Assembly (NCBI RefSeq): GCF_009914755.1
Contig: NC_060945.1
DNA from: the human T2T-CHM13v2.0 reference genome, Homo sapiens
Reading direction: 5' to 3' (one strand)
DNA: 64,000 nucleotides
Below the pieces are notes generated by a model. It was not told the DNA's origin. It did not search any database and saw nothing but the letters and a program-made list of their open reading frames with translations. The translations under genes were made by a program, and so were the position numbers. Shown piece after piece: positions 40,496-55,950 of the stretch (its first letter is position 1; every line of letters begins with the position of its first letter).

Positions 40496-41204
40496 AAAAA
40501 TCTCAAAATAGGTATTTTTTTAAAGTATTTTATTTGTGCAAACTGGATATGTCTTTCAGAGTGCAATGTCTGTGTTAATATTCCTTGCCAGTAGCCACAA
40601 TCATTGATATATTTTACTTTGTTGCTACTCTGTTGAACAGAATTATAAAAAGCTTACAACTGATTCGACTTGTGGATATTTACCAGGACTTAAATCCAAA
40701 CGCCTGTCTCTGGTAAACATGTGTAAACAAATTGCTTTATTAACTAAAAAAAGGTCAAGTCCTGTGTTTGACTAATTTAGTGTTGAAATTTCTCACATTA
40801 ATCAAAATATAAGCTTGGTAAGGAATATGCTATCCTAACTGGCTAACTCTATGCTATATGTTTCAAATTAACTGTCTGCCATGTCAGATTATCCTAAACA
40901 TGAAAGAAATACATATGTGACCCAAAGTTGGCGAACCTTTGGTGAGATTTGTTTAAATATCCAATTTAGTTTTAAAATCTTATGTATATTAAATTGAAAA
41001 TGATGACTTTCAATATTTTACCCATCTAGTTGTATATCCTCTCTCAATTTTTCTTAATATGCCTGAGAAGAAAAGTGAGGTTAAAGAAATTTAGTGAATG
41101 CTATTAGAGACTTGAATTGCTTCTATTATTTTAAAATAATATTTTCTACACACCTGTGCCTTACCAATTAGTTTATTCAAAATACAAAATGTCATTTCTT
41201 CCCT

Positions 41205-41330
41205 TGGAATTTTGTTCACCTAACAAACGCTGTGTCTGCATTGTGTCTAGCTACTTGTCTTAGGTAGCAGAGATAGACATAAAGTAAGACACAATTCCAG
41301 AATTTGAGAACATTAGTATAATTGGGGACT
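41205..41330 (-). mobile_element. L2 3' end
   Basis: TGTTCACCTAACAAAC..GTCTTAGGTAGCAGAGATA..AAGTAAGACACAATTCC. Confidence 0.5.
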
Positions 41331-42322
41331 CGGTTCATAAGAGGAAAACATAAAGCTATGTATAAAGAAAGACTGCAACATCTGCAACATCACATGGACT
41401 AGAAATATCACAGAGGCTACTTGGACCAAGAAAAAAGAACGGAACGAAAAAGTACCTGAGAGAGAAGAGATGTCATAAAGACTTAAGAATAGGTGAAGAA
41501 AAGGAAGTAAAAAGCATAAATATTAGAAAGAGTAAAATAAAATTGTCTTTGTTTACAGATGTCATGGTGGTTTATATAGAAAATGGCAAAGAATTGACAA
41601 AATACTGCTGGAACTAGTAAGTAATTATGGCAATGTTGTAAGATACAAGATTAATATTTAAAGGTCAATTGCTGTCTTATATACTGAAGATGAAAATACG
41701 GAAATTTGAAATAAAAAACAAAATATCACTTATGTTAGCACCAATAAAATAAAATACTTAAGGTATCTATCTGAAAATAAGTATCTATAAAATCTATGTG
41801 AGAAAAACTGCAAAATACTGATGAAAGAAATCAAAGCAGACCTAAATAAGTGGAGAGATATTCCAGGTTCATGGGTAGAAAGACTAACTATCAGATATGT
41901 TCGGTTTTTTCCAAATTTATCTGTATATTCAAGGCAATTCGAATCAAAATCCCAGCAAATTATTTTGTGGATGTCAACAAATGGTTCTAAACTTTTTATA
42001 GAAAGGTAGAAGACCCAAAGTAGCCAGTTCAATATTGAAGAATAACAGAGTTGGAGAACTAACTAACGCAACTTGATCTCCAGACTTAATATAAAGCTAC
42101 AGTATCAAGACAGTGGTATCAGTGAAAGAATAGACAAACAGAATAAATGCTATATTAAAAAAATTGAAAAAATGTTCAATGGAACACAGTAGAGATCCCA
42201 GAAATAGGCTCACATAAATATAGTCAACTAATCTTTGGCAAAAATGCACAGATAATTCTATAGAGAAAGGATTGTCTTCTAAATAAATGGTGCTGGACAG
42301 CCTGACTTCCACATGCAAAAAA

Positions 42323-42357
<35 letters not shown>

Positions 42358-42358
42358 A
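42323..42358. repeat. (TAAA)9 microsatellite inside L1
   Basis: Nine perfect TAAA units. Confidence 0.95.
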
Positions 42359-43217
42359 TCTAGACACAAACATTACACTTGTCACAAAAGTTAGTCCAAA
42401 ATGGTTCATAGTCCTAAGGTAAAATGCAAAACTATAAAACTCCTAAAAGGTAACATAATGAAAAAATAAAGGTGACCATAGATTTGGTGGATTTTTAGAT
42501 TACAACTCCAAAAGCAAAATCCATTAAAAAAAATCAACAAGAATTCCTTAAAATTAAAAAAAAAAAGTTTTTCCAAAGACACTATCAAGAGAATGAAATG
42601 ACCAGCAGCAGACTGGAATAAAATATTTGCAAAACATATACTAGATCAACGACTGACATACAAATATACAAAGAACTGTTAAAACTCAACAATAAGAAAA
42701 CAAACAATCCAAATTTTTAAAAATGGCAAAAGATCTGGATGGACAACCTCACCAAAGGAGGTATACAATGCCAAATAAAAATATAAAGAGACACTTGATG
42801 TCATCTGTCATCAGGTAGTTGCCAATTAAAAAACTATGTGAGATACAACCACACACCTTTTAGAATGAATAAAATGAAAACACTGACAACACCAAATGCT
42901 TGTGAGGATGAGGAGCAAAGGGAACTCCTATTAATTGATTGTGGGAATGCAAAATAATGCAGACATATTGGAAGACAGTTTGACAGTTTCTTCCAAAAAT
43001 AACATTTGCTTACTTCAGCAAGCACACTTCTGGTACCTACCAAAAGGAGTTGAAAACATGTCAACACAAAAACCTGCATACAAATGTTCATACCATTTGT
43101 ATTTATAATTGGCAAAACTTGGAAACAACCATGATGTCCTTCAATAGGTGAATGGATAAGGAAACTGTGGTATACCCATAAAATGAAATATTATTCAGCA
43201 CTAAGAAATGAGCTGTC

Positions 43218-43520
<303 letters not shown>

Positions 43521-44254
43521 ATGAACTGTCGTACTATGAAAGACGTTGACTTTATTAATAATAATTTATCAATGTGATTCAACAATTTTAACCAATGTAC
43601 TAAACTAAAACAAGATGTTAGTAACGAAAACTGTGCAATGGGTGGAAATGAGGAATACAAGAATTCTGTGAACTTTTCTATTATGTTTTCTGTAAATATA
43701 AAACTGTTCTAAAAATAAAGTCTACCCATTAAAGACAAAAAAAAAGAAGAAAAAAAGAAAAGAAAAAGAAGAGAACAGGTGAGCCAGACTTTCAGAATGT
43801 GGAGACCTGGCAAGTATGTATTTCCCTCTTTACAAAGCAGCAACAAGGCAAGGAAATTCTTCCTATTCATAATTTTTATTCAATTCACAGAAAGCTGAAG
43901 TTGCTGGGGACAATTAACCCTAAGTATAAGACACGTGACTCCAAAATGAGATGAGAGAAAACTTAGCTTACTTGCAGCAGATGCCATTTGAGCAATGGTG
44001 AAAAGAAGTTAGCTGGATTTTAATTGCTCAAGCTACAAGCTACATGTGGAGTAGCAAGAAAATATGAACCTCTGAGGGCAGAGGACACAAGGGCAATTTG
44101 CACTTATTCACAGATTCTTTTCTATTGATGTTTCTAGAACTCTAAAAAAAAGATTAGGGGCATGATGATACTGGCTTAAATGAGAGGCTGCTTCAAGAAG
44201 GTCAGAAAGCCAACCCAAGATCCTTTCCCCCTCCTCTCCTATGGGACAAAAATC

Positions 44255-44357
44255 TTTTTTTTTTTTTTTTTTTGAGATGGAGTTTTGCTCCTGTTGCCCA
44301 GGCTGGAGTGCAATGGCGCGATCTCAGCTCACTGCAACCTCCGCCTTCTGGGTTCAA
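44255..44357 (-). mobile_element. Heavily 5'-truncated AluS (3' part of right arm)
   Basis: Poly-T plus GAGATGGAGTTTTGCTC..CCGCCTTCTGGGTTCAA; short AATCT repeat on both flanks. Confidence 0.9.
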
Positions 44358-45358
44358 TCTATTCTGCCTGGAAAATCTTAAACCACTAGGTGAAAGACAA
44401 CTACCTTGTCACCTGTGGGGCACTGGTGAAAACCTATTGCAAGTGGAGAAGGTGACCAAGAGAAAACAAACAAACAAACAAACAAACCCCTCTGACTTCA
44501 TGGGAGTGGCAGGAATAAGTCCTGGGCCCTGACCTGCACCTGAGTGCCAGACAGGATCCCCGAGAAGGCTCTACACCCATGACTCAGGGAAGCAGTGCTT
44601 GCTTAAGACTGAGATTTAATCAGAGTCATAGAGAAGCCACCATCATACTATGCCCCTGATACCAAGCTAATGACTGTTGAGTAACAAGTAATAATGTCCT
44701 AATGTTATAGTCTAGTAAATAATCATCAGGATGTGTAATGCAGAAAATATAAATGAATGGATTTCCCAAGATGGAAAATGTGAGGTGTTTTTGTGGCTTT
44801 TATGTGGAGATATTGCCTTGTATTTGAGAGGTCTAATCACTAGTCTCACTGCTATTAATAACCAGTGCTGACATGCTGGTACAATCTGCCTCCAAATCTC
44901 CATGGACAGGCACATGGTTACAAAGCAAGATGATTAGTAGCATTATTAATAGAATTTCAGTGTATTTCATGCTATGTGCACATACAGGGACTTGAGCAAC
45001 ACATAAATGAGAATTATTGTAGAAGCCTGTTGGGATTAAACCTTACAGCATAGGAGAAAAAAGGAAGAAGGGTTTTAAAACAATGACAAGCTAAGAAACA
45101 CATGGATAAAACCTGGAAACCTGAACACAGGAAGAATTTTCATCCTAATGAGAACATACCAGATATATTTTTATAATAAAAACTCTCCATTTTTAAAGTA
45201 AGGAAAGTGAGAGGGTACGTTAAAGGGAAAAAAGCATAATTGTCAAGTCCTTTTGTATATTCAAACTTTATAAATCAAAAGAAACTCTTAAAATTGTCTA
45301 GCCCCTTCTCTCAAATGACAACAATGGAGAGATATCAGGTTGATCTAAAATCTCCCTG

Positions 45359-45809
45359 TGATACAGGGCAGGGAAGCCACAAAATCGTGGCTTAGCCAGG
45401 GAAAGTTCTTGGCTTTGCCCAGGAAAGCTTTCAAGAGTGAGCAGGTGGTGGAAGAAAACAGCTTCACTGGGGCAGCAGCATTACAGCACAGTGACTGCTC
45501 CTGCAGAGCAGGCTGCCCCGTAGGTGGTGTGTGGAGAGCAGCAGCTCAAGCTCAGTGCTGCAGCCAAACTCTATCTACCTTTAATTACGTGTAAATTAAG
45601 AGATGAGTTATTCAGAAATTATAGAAAAGGGGTGGTAATTTCTGGATTGTTGCCATGGAAATGGGCTGTAACTTCTGGGTGTTTTTATGGCAATGGTAAA
45701 CTGTCCGAATGAAGGGGGACATATTTTAGGAAGAGGTAATTTCTGTGCCTCTTCCCTGTTTCAGCCAGTCTTCAGTCTGGTCCAGAGTCAAGTCCTGCCT
45801 CCTACCTCA
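45359..45809 (-). mobile_element. MER66-like ERV1 solo LTR
   Basis: TG...CA termini (TGATACAGGG ... CCTACCTCA); flanks CCTG/CCTT; GTTCTTGGCTTTGCCCAGGAAAG and GTTGCCATGGAAA motifs. Confidence 0.75.
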
Positions 45810-47052
45810 CCTTCACTTAATAAGTATTAGGAAACAATGACATATTTTCCTTACTATGTAAAGGCAAATTATAATATTTAAATACAGAGCAGAGCTGAGA
45901 AATAGAGCAAATAAATATATAAATTTTGTAAAAATATAGCACCTTCTGATAATCTTATAGTAAAGGAAAATGTAATAAAAATTAGCACCTATGAGCAGAA
46001 AATTTTACAGTATAATTGCAGCATTAGACTGGATAATTATATAGATATAAATGTAATATTTGAATTAAATATGCATATAAATGACCACATTTTTATTTGG
46101 AAAATGCTACAGAAGTGTTTTGAATGTAAAATTCTAAGGATTATAGCCCTGCTTAATTCAGTCAGAGAATTCAAAACAGAGGGAAATATAGTTTATTTAT
46201 TAATTTTTAAATTTTTTGTTCATTATTTTGTGAGAAACACCTTAATACATGATAAGAATAGAAAAAGAATGTCTATCTTCCATATCACAGAATAAGAAAA
46301 TATCAAGCAAAATAATATATTATCTATATGGCTAGCAGAAGAAAGTAAAACGATAAAAGACATTAAATGGTGCAGAGATGTTAATAGATTCAACTAGTCC
46401 AAACTTCATATTTTAAAGGCAAGAGCATTTACATTGTGTCAAAAAAGTTATAAATATTTATTTCTTATACACTATTTAAATAACCTAATATAAACAAAAT
46501 GCTGGAAACAAAGAATGACCAAATATATGTCACTCAAAAGTGAAACAAATGTTTATCAAAATGAGGAAAAAATATAGGATATAATTTATTAGTAATAAAA
46601 ACATGAACTGAAGCAAAAGGAGTAATCTACTTTATCTGCAAGTTATAGGTACTATTTAAATGAGAAACATTTATTTATAAGCACAAATATATGTAGCATC
46701 AAAATATGTAAATCAGGAAAGTTTATAATTAGGAAGTATTGATAAAAACAAATGATATAATATTTTAGAGCATGTGCGAATTATACAGTTAAGAAAAACA
46801 ACAAACATTATGGGGTTTGACCTAAGGTAACTTAAAAACCACTTAGTGGAATAGCTTTTTTGAAAAGCAGATGGATCCACTGATATATAATTTTAAAATA
46901 ATTTTTAAATAGTTGGATAGCCATCAAATTCATTTAGGAGGCTTGTATTAGATTTTTAATCTTGACAAATATTCCAGAAATTTTAAAAAAGTAATAATAA
47001 AGTAAATTATCTCATGTTAGTATATGTAAAAATCCTAACGAAATTAAGTGGT

Positions 47053-47408
47053 TGTTATAGACTGAATACCTATCTTGTGTTCACCCAAAATTCATATGAT
47101 GAATTCTAATGCTCCAGTGTGTTGGCATTAGAAGATGGGTCCTTTGGGAGATAATTAGGTCAAGAGGGTGGAACCCTCATGAATAAGATTAATACTCATA
47201 AAAGGAACCCCCAAAATGCGGTCTTGCTTTTGCTGCCACATGAGGGTAAATCGGCAGATTGTAACCCAGAAGAGAACCCTCACCAAAACATGACCACTCT
47301 GACACCTTGATCTTGGTCTTCCAGCCTCCAGAATTATGAATAATAAATTTCTGTTGTTTATAAGCCACCAGTCTATGCTATTCTGTTATAGCAGCCCAAA
47401 CTAAGATA
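47053..47408 (+). mobile_element. MLT1A0-type MaLR LTR
   Basis: TGTTATAGACTGAAT..CACCTTGATCTTGGTCTTCCAGCCTCCAGAA..AATAAATTTCTGTTGTTTATAAGCCACC..CTAAGATA. Confidence 0.88.
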
Positions 47409-48634
47409 TGTGATGCAAAGATTACTCTGGCAAAACTGATTGAGGTTTAACTAATGAATTATTCATTAGTAAAGGAGTACTAATAATGCCCAGATAGATG
47501 AACATTTAAATAACATTGAAAGTAATGCTGAAATGTAACATAAAATCTTAGTATTCAAGTGTCTACATAAAATTTAACCTTAGCTAAAAGTAGAAATATA
47601 CTAAGAAAAAGATGAAGTAAAAATTAAAATTAAAATATCTATTATTTTCTCTTAGTAGAGATTTTGCTCATTCATTTTAATTATTGCTCAATTCAAATTA
47701 TTTTTAAAATACTTATATGTAAAATAGTAAAGAGAATAACAATATGTTCAAAACTAAAAGCAACACACTGTGGGTGAATTAAGCAGCAAAACCATCCACA
47801 TATGAAAGGTAGTCTTTGATATATCCCTGGACTCCATGTACTGTTTATGGTTTGTACATTTTTGTTTGCCAGTAAAGCGCCTGGGCAGTATTAGACAAGA
47901 ACAACCAGGAGTTCAGTTATTTTACTGTACACAACAAAATGCTAATAATGCCAGGACTCTGCAAAGGCAATTCTTGCTAAAAGGTCATTGTCAGCAAGCA
48001 TCGTTGAACTTCTGTTGATCTTCATTCCAGAGATTAATTGTGCTTGATTGCATATAATATTATTTTCATTGGAACAACTGATGTTGACTGAGAGAGTGAG
48101 GTCTGATCTCCCTGGGATTACTCAAAGGATTTTGGAACACAGCATTTATTCTTGTCTTCCTTTAATCTAGTGACCTTGTTGACATGATCTGTTAGGGTAG
48201 TTGTTTCAATAATTCTATATTTATTCTGTTATTTTGAAAATGTTTCTTCTCTGTTTTTTAATTCAATTCACAGAAAAACTCAGAAATCATGATATTTATT
48301 ACATGTTTCCTCCTCATATTTTCAAATTTAAAAAAAAGCAGAAAACAAGAGCAATAGCAACAAAAAAACACCGCTTGAGTCAAACTTTCCTACTAAAGTA
48401 TCATTCTCGTTTTATGATTTAAGTAGTTTAGATAAAATAAACACGAGCATTTGATGTATTGTAGTCAATATGCTTAATGCCATTTTCTTTCTCAGAAAGT
48501 TGTAGAGTAGGTTTTCAAGGAGAACTTTTAAAGTCTCTATTTTAATTTTTTTGTTCTAAAAAACCTGTAAATAAAACTGAATAAATAAATAAAATTATGT
48601 CTGTTTTTGCATAATATTTTTTCTATTGTTAAGA

Positions 48635-48972
48635 TGCTCTAGACTGAATTATGTATCCTGAAATTCTATTTTGAAATTTTAGCCCCCAACAATTTGGATA
48701 TAAGGCTTTTATGATGTTATAAAAGTGCCCCCCTAATCTAACAGGACTAGTGGCTTTATAAAAGGAGGAAGAAAGAGAGTTATCTTTCTTTCTCCATGAT
48801 CATGTACCAGGAAGGTAGCCATTTGCAAGCCAGAAGGGGAGTTCTTGCCAGAACTCAACTATACTAGCATCCTGACCTCGGACTTCCAGCCTGCAGAACT
48901 GTGAGAAAATACATTTCTATTGTTTAAGTCACCCTTTCTATGGTATGTTTTTATGACAACCTGAATAAGATG
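48635..48972 (+). mobile_element. MLT1A-type MaLR LTR
   Basis: TGCTCTAGACTGAATT..GGACTTCCAGCCTGCAGAACTGTGAGAAAATA; 5-bp TSD TAAGA (48630-48634, 48973-48977). Confidence 0.85.
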
Positions 48973-49645
48973 TAAGAGATTAACAAAACATTTTTTACTC
49001 TTATCATCTGTGGTACAGAGACATATAATTAAAAGACATTGCAATGGAATATATTGTTTAATTAGATAGCATATAACTGGAAAGTATACATTATTGGAAG
49101 GTATTACCAGAAAGCAACTTGGTACTTAATTTGTTCAAAATTCAAATATAAAATCTATTTTCCTGTTGTTGTCTGTGGAGAAGAATCATACCATACAAAT
49201 GTTTCTCAGGAAAAATATATACTGTACTCTTTTTAAAAGATTATTTGTTTCTGAAGCCTACTTCTAAACTTCCCAACTCTTTGGGGTTTCTTTCTGTACT
49301 GTTTTGCAGTTGTTTTCATGATACATTATGTACCTATTTCTAAAACTATTGATAGGAGTTTCCAGAGATCAGGGAGTTGTAGGTATTAATACATTTCCCA
49401 CCTCTCTTGGTGCCCAGTTCAGGACTCGTTATCTCATGGGTGCTTGGTCCATACTGCTGATGTCTGTAATAACTCAACATGAAAATTAATGTTTCATTCT
49501 CTTTTCCTGATTTTCCATGAGAAATGGCCTCAAAAGTCCTGAGCTAATTGTTTCTACGTTCTAACTTGTAATGTATTTGGAATGTTGAGTTTAGAGTAAG
49601 TCTTCCTCTGATTACCTCATGTGAACACTTAAATCTTTTTTGGGT

Positions 49646-49771
49646 TGTTCCAAATGAGTCTTCAAATATGAACCTTTTCAATTATTTATTAAAAATCATC
49701 TTGCTTCCCATAATATATTGATTTTTAATAAATAATTGAAAAGGTTCATATTTGAAGACTTATTTGGAACA
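49646..49771. repeat. Inverted repeat: 53-bp arms (1 mismatch), 20-bp spacer
   Basis: 49646-49698 is the reverse complement of 49719-49771 except at one position. Confidence 0.97.
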
Positions 49772-50659
49772 TATACATATATATTATTTTGTTCTCTTTT
49801 TGTCAGTTATATACAATTTCTGTCATTTTGGAATTTTTGCCATTTTGGAAGCTCACTGGGTATACTTACACTGGTCCTGATCATAAGTCATGTGTAATGT
49901 CAGTGAAAGCACCCACTATAATAACAAAAATAAAGACAAGAATCCTTCTGTGGAGTATCTCTATAGCAGCATTCACTGACTTAATAGAATGCCAGAAATG
50001 CAAAATTCTTAAATTGTTAAAATAAGACTTGGCGATTTGTCTTTTCCCCATTAGGCTTAATGCATTTTGGAAGTCGATGATTAGAATGAGGAAGGGAACT
50101 CACACTGTAATAGCTAAGCCTGATGAATAAACTCACATGATCATCATTAATATCAAGCCACTGGTGACTGAGACTTCTGTACATGCATAATTATTATTCT
50201 TGGCTGGGAGAAGGTAGAGAAGGCTGTAGGAGCTACCTCCTCATTTGATTGTCACATTCCCTGAAATGCCTTAGCCTGTAAATCACACTTTCTTCTAGAC
50301 AAGAACACCTTTTAAATCCACCAATCATTTTTTTTTTTTACTTTAGATTTCTAGTCTGTATTTCATTAGGCATATTTCCCACACTTTTTGTAGATTTTGT
50401 GAGACTTGTTTAAAAGACTTTACTAAGGAGAAAAGTCTTATTCTGGAAGAATCATTTACTTTCCTTGTTCTATTTATAGCACACAGGATTTGACAGACAG
50501 GTACTTTTTAATTCCATCCCTAAGGTTGAATTTCCCTTTATGTTTCATGAATAAGGGAACTCAATAGAAGAAAGCAACTTACCCGTTGTAGAAATGGCAT
50601 GAAAATAACAAATGGAATCACCCTCCCACATTTCCATTTACTTTTACTCTTCTAAAATA

Positions 50660-50855
50660 AAGTTTCTTAACACTCAATGTTGACATTGAGTTTTTCTTCT
50701 GGGAGGCTGTCCTGAGCATTGTAGGATGGTTAGAAGTATCCCTGGCCTCTACCTACTAGATTCTAGTAGCATCCCCATGCTCCCAGTGGTGACTGTCAAG
50801 AATGCTTTCAGACATTCCCCACTGCTGTTATTGCAGCATCTGTTAAAAACCACAT
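50660..50855 (-). mobile_element. MER20 (hAT-Charlie)
   Basis: GGCTGTCCTGAGCATTGTAGGATGGTTAG..ATCCCTGGCCTCTACCTACTAGAT. Confidence 0.8.
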
Positions 50856-52359
50856 ATTTGTGCCAAATAGATTAAACTATCTTCTTCCCAGTAAACATAC
50901 TCTTCCTCGAGGACATTGTCTTTCAAAGTCCAGTCTCTATTGTTACAAATAATATTTAAGTGATCATGAGAACTATTTCTGGTATTTTATTTTATTTTTT
51001 ACTATGTCTGTGTGAGTGTGTGTTTTGCTTGTTTTACTTGTTTTTTTGGTTTAGTTTTATTTTGGGGTTGGCCTAGATACAGAAGAGATAAATACATATT
51101 AACAATGCAAACTCAATAAATTCTGAGTGACAAATTTCACACTATGCTTGATTATATTGTTAATATTTTCACTGAGACTAAAGGCCATTAATATGAATGG
51201 CTAGAGCATTGTTGAAGGAGACAGTGAGTTTAAAATTTTGTTTTAAACAACTGACCAGCATTCCTTCCTGACCATGGAAGATAAGCAGTAAGGGTTTTTG
51301 TGTCCTTGGCTTCACTTTTTGATAACACATTACCTCTGAACACATTAAACAAGTGCAGGAAAATGGCCTCATTAAACATGTCTTGCTATTTACCAACCAT
51401 AAGTGCACACACATACAAACACAAACACACACACTCACACATACACCAAGCATAGGCCTAGAGAAATAGGTCTGGTTATAAAAGTATGACAGTGATTCTT
51501 ATCAATTCTCTTTGCAAATCTACACTCACATTGTTCTTACTAACATTCCCACACATTTGGCTGGTATTTATTTCTTATCAAAACGATCAAACAACCTTCT
51601 ATGATTTTGGGGGTTTAGATAAGAAAATACAGCTTATATTTGTTCCATCAGGAAAAGATTTAATTGAGGAAAAGAGTGGAACACACAATCACTGATGGAA
51701 AAGGGATCCTAAAGCCAACAATGACGTCCTCAGAGTGCAACACTAAAAGGGTGATACTTAACAATTATTCTAGAAGGTGCTGCAAAACTCAGATATGTCT
51801 AGGCATTTACTCCTGACTATCTCAGCATGCAACACTAGCATAGATAACTCTTAAGATGCTTGACAAGTCATTGAATTGATTTTCACATAAATTATTTGCT
51901 CATGCGTACACACATAACAGCCTCCCTAGAATAATGGTCTCTCTCACTCTTTTATCTTCTAAATCTTGAGTGAATGCCTCTAATGGTAGAGTCTTACCAG
52001 GAAGCATATAAGAAAGGTGATCTGGGAAATTGAGACATCGACTTTTCCTATGAGATTCAGAAGAGAATTTAGAAGGAGATGTTAATGCTGAGTTTAGGAC
52101 AGACTCTATAGTGAAGTTGTCCCTATTGTCAAATCATGATCCACCAATTTTAAACCTCTGAATAAGAATAAAAATCAATCTTGCTGCTCTATCTAGTATG
52201 AGAACACTATTTATTAGTCAATTAAAACATGCTCATCTCTCTAGAGAGAAAACATAGTTACTGAAATCTCTTATTCATCTCTAGGCTATGATCATTCCTT
52301 TTATAGCTGAATCCTAAATCTCATTAGGTATCCTGTGACTCAAATAGTAAATTATAGAC

Positions 52360-53240
52360 TTTTGTAAATGGAATTCACTCTGAAACCAGGTCTCAACAAT
52401 TATTTGAGAGGTGATTCCAAAAAGTCTTGGTAAATAGAGACAGGGAAGAAAGAAGAGCTGGTTGATCCTGTGTTATTAAGCTGACCATTGTGGTAGGCAA
52501 CTGGAATTCAGTCCCACTGAGAATCTTCTGAACAACCACATAGCATGTGCCTCAGAATTATCCCTTTGGAGGAGAGAAAACAGAAATATTTATTCAGTGA
52601 CACCTGTCCTACACTAGTTGACAGCTATTTCCAGAGAGTGTTAGTTAACTCTTAGCAAATTCCAGTAACATTGTGTGCTGGGGTGGGGATGGGGGAGAGC
52701 CCTGGAAGAAAAGTGAGAGAATGAGAGGAGCTTGAAGTGAAGCACTATTGGTGCGCACTAGGACCCCCTCTCTCAGCTGGAGATGAAGTCAGAGGTGGGC
52801 TGAGGATACAGAGCACAGGACCCTAAAAGCCTCTGCTACTGCTGATCCCCTGTACTACTGCCCTATCAGGCTCCACATTAATTCCATTTTCTCACTCTTC
52901 AGTGGAGCTGCCAGTAACAATCTGTAAAGCAGACTTATGGGTTAGTGAAATAGGAACCTGCTGCAGTGGATCCTGAAAATCAGTATGTATCAACAGGACA
53001 GAAAATATGTGAAAAATCAGCTTTCTACCATGTGGTTGGCTGATCACCTTGAGTAATCCTACCATCTCTCAGGCTCAATGTCAGATTCTGTTGCTGACAC
53101 AGTGGGCATTCAGCAGTGGCATTCCAAATGTATGCTCCTTAAAAGATAACAGCAGACTATTGGATCCATGCCTAGCCTCTATCTTGGCCACTAAGTCTAC
53201 CCTATTAGTGAACCATTTCACAAGCAGTTGTGTGAACTTA
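52360..53240. mobile_element. LTR33/LTR16-like ERVL LTR with adjacent probable internal remnant
   Basis: GGCAACTGGAATTCAGTCCCACTGAGAATC..GCCTCAGAATTATCCC..ATATTTATTCA motif series. Confidence 0.55.
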
Positions 53241-53244
53241 TTTT

Positions 53245-54009
<765 letters not shown>

Positions 54010-55214
54010 TATTATGAAGAACAAAATTAAATTTGAATTTTCAAAATTAGTTGGAAAGATCAGGGATGATATATTGAAAAGTATTGAAAATTAAATTTAC
54101 AGCTCAGAATTTTAATGCCTTGTTAATATTTTTGAAGGTCTGCTTCAAAAAATCAAAAAATATTTCAAAAAAATTATATATTCATAAGATTAATATGTTT
54201 CTATAACTGCAGGACAGCATTCTTGTTTCTTTATTAAAGGAAAATTATTTTAAATTATTACTAACATGGACACATTCTATGTAAGTTGAATGTACAGTAA
54301 TTTTATACAGTTAAATGTATTTTGCTATCCAGATAGATAATTTCATAACTTGGTATTTTATTTCCTATATTGTATAGATTAATTATATAGTATACATAAT
54401 TTTTTTTGCTTTAACCCTGCAATAATTGAGCAACTCATAATAAAAGAAATTGTGAATTATTTGATGTAGAATTTTACAAGAAATATCTAAAAACGTTGGG
54501 TATTAATGTTATTAATTATAAACTGATAAATTATGTTTTATATATAGATATTAGAGATAACAAATTACAACTTTTAGACACTCTAAATAATACTGGGGAA
54601 AATATACCATTAAAGTAAGAAAATACTGAATTTCATTCCAATTAGGATCATGTACTACCTTTTGGCATTTTCCACTGTACCCTAATGTCAAGAGACCTAA
54701 TATTTCAAGGATGTATTCAACAAATATACTGTTGCTATAATATTATTTAGCAGAGATTTCTTAGATTGCTATGTGGATTAGAAAATTTAATGTATATTTT
54801 AAAACACCTGTGTGTCACATGTAAGAAGACCTCCATTTATTTTAGCTCATAGAGATAACTATATACATTATATATGCATTATAGATCACACATATGCCAT
54901 ACACACATGCACACACACATACACACACACTCTAACAAAGCCTAAAACATGTAGCAAAATTTATAAATATGTTGGACTAAAATGTCTATATGTCATTGCA
55001 ATTAAGGAATTGAGACAGTCTTCTACTTTTTCTTAGGAAAAAGAAAAGATATTTATTAGGAATTATGCATATCATGATTTTGTTGATTATTAGTCAGGAT
55101 AAATGAAGGGATTAAACAAATTCATTTTATTTTCATGTTTTGCAGAATGTTTATGTTGGTGAATTAGTGGATGAAATAGACCTCTATTCAGCAAATAATC
55201 TTATGTATCTTCTA

Positions 55215-55950
55215 TTTTTAAAAATTATTTATCATTTTTGTTGATACATAATTGTGCATATTTATGGGGAACATACAATATTTTGATGCATACATATGAT
55301 GTGTAATGATCAAATCAGACTGTTTGGAATATCCATTACCTCAAACATTTATCATTTTTTTTGCGTTGAGAACAGCTAGATTCTTCTAGCTATTTTGAAA
55401 AATACAATAAATAATTGTTAACTATGGTCACGCTACTGTGCTATCAGACACTAGAACTTATTCTATCTGTTTAACTGCATGTTTGTGCCCATTATCCAAA
55501 CTTTTTTATCCTGCCCCCCACCCTCTTTCCCCCACTGTGGTAACTATCATTCTACCTTTTACCTCTGAGATCAACGTTTATAGCTCTCAATATGAGTCAG
55601 AACATGTAATGTTTGTCTTTTCTGTGCCTGCCTTTTTTCACTTAACACAATCACCTTCAGTTCCATTCAGGTTGCTGCACATGACAGGATTTCATTCATT
55701 TTTATGGCCAAATCATATTCCATTGTATTTATACACAACATTTTCTTTATCCATTCATCCACTGGTGGACACTTAGGTTGATTCCATCTTGGGTTTTGTG
55801 AATAGTGCTGCAATAAACGTAGGGGTGCAGGCATCCCTTTGATGTACCGATATTCCTTCCTTTAAATAAATACCCACTACTGGGATTGCTGGATCATATG
55901 GTAGGTCCATTTTTAGTCTTCTGAGAATCTTCCATACTGTTTTTAATAAT
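55215..55950 (-). mobile_element. L1MA (about MA4-5) 3' end
   Basis: GTGTAATGATCAAATCAG..TCTAGCTATTTTGAAAAATACAATAA..GCTGGATCATATGGTAG; the ORF2 C-terminus translates as LPYDPAIP. Confidence 0.85.

Noticed and set aside
50672-50692. Short palindromes and hairpins (also near 50414, 54129 and 55375)
   Set aside because: Stems of 9 bp or less are expected by chance in 64 kb of AT-rich DNA.
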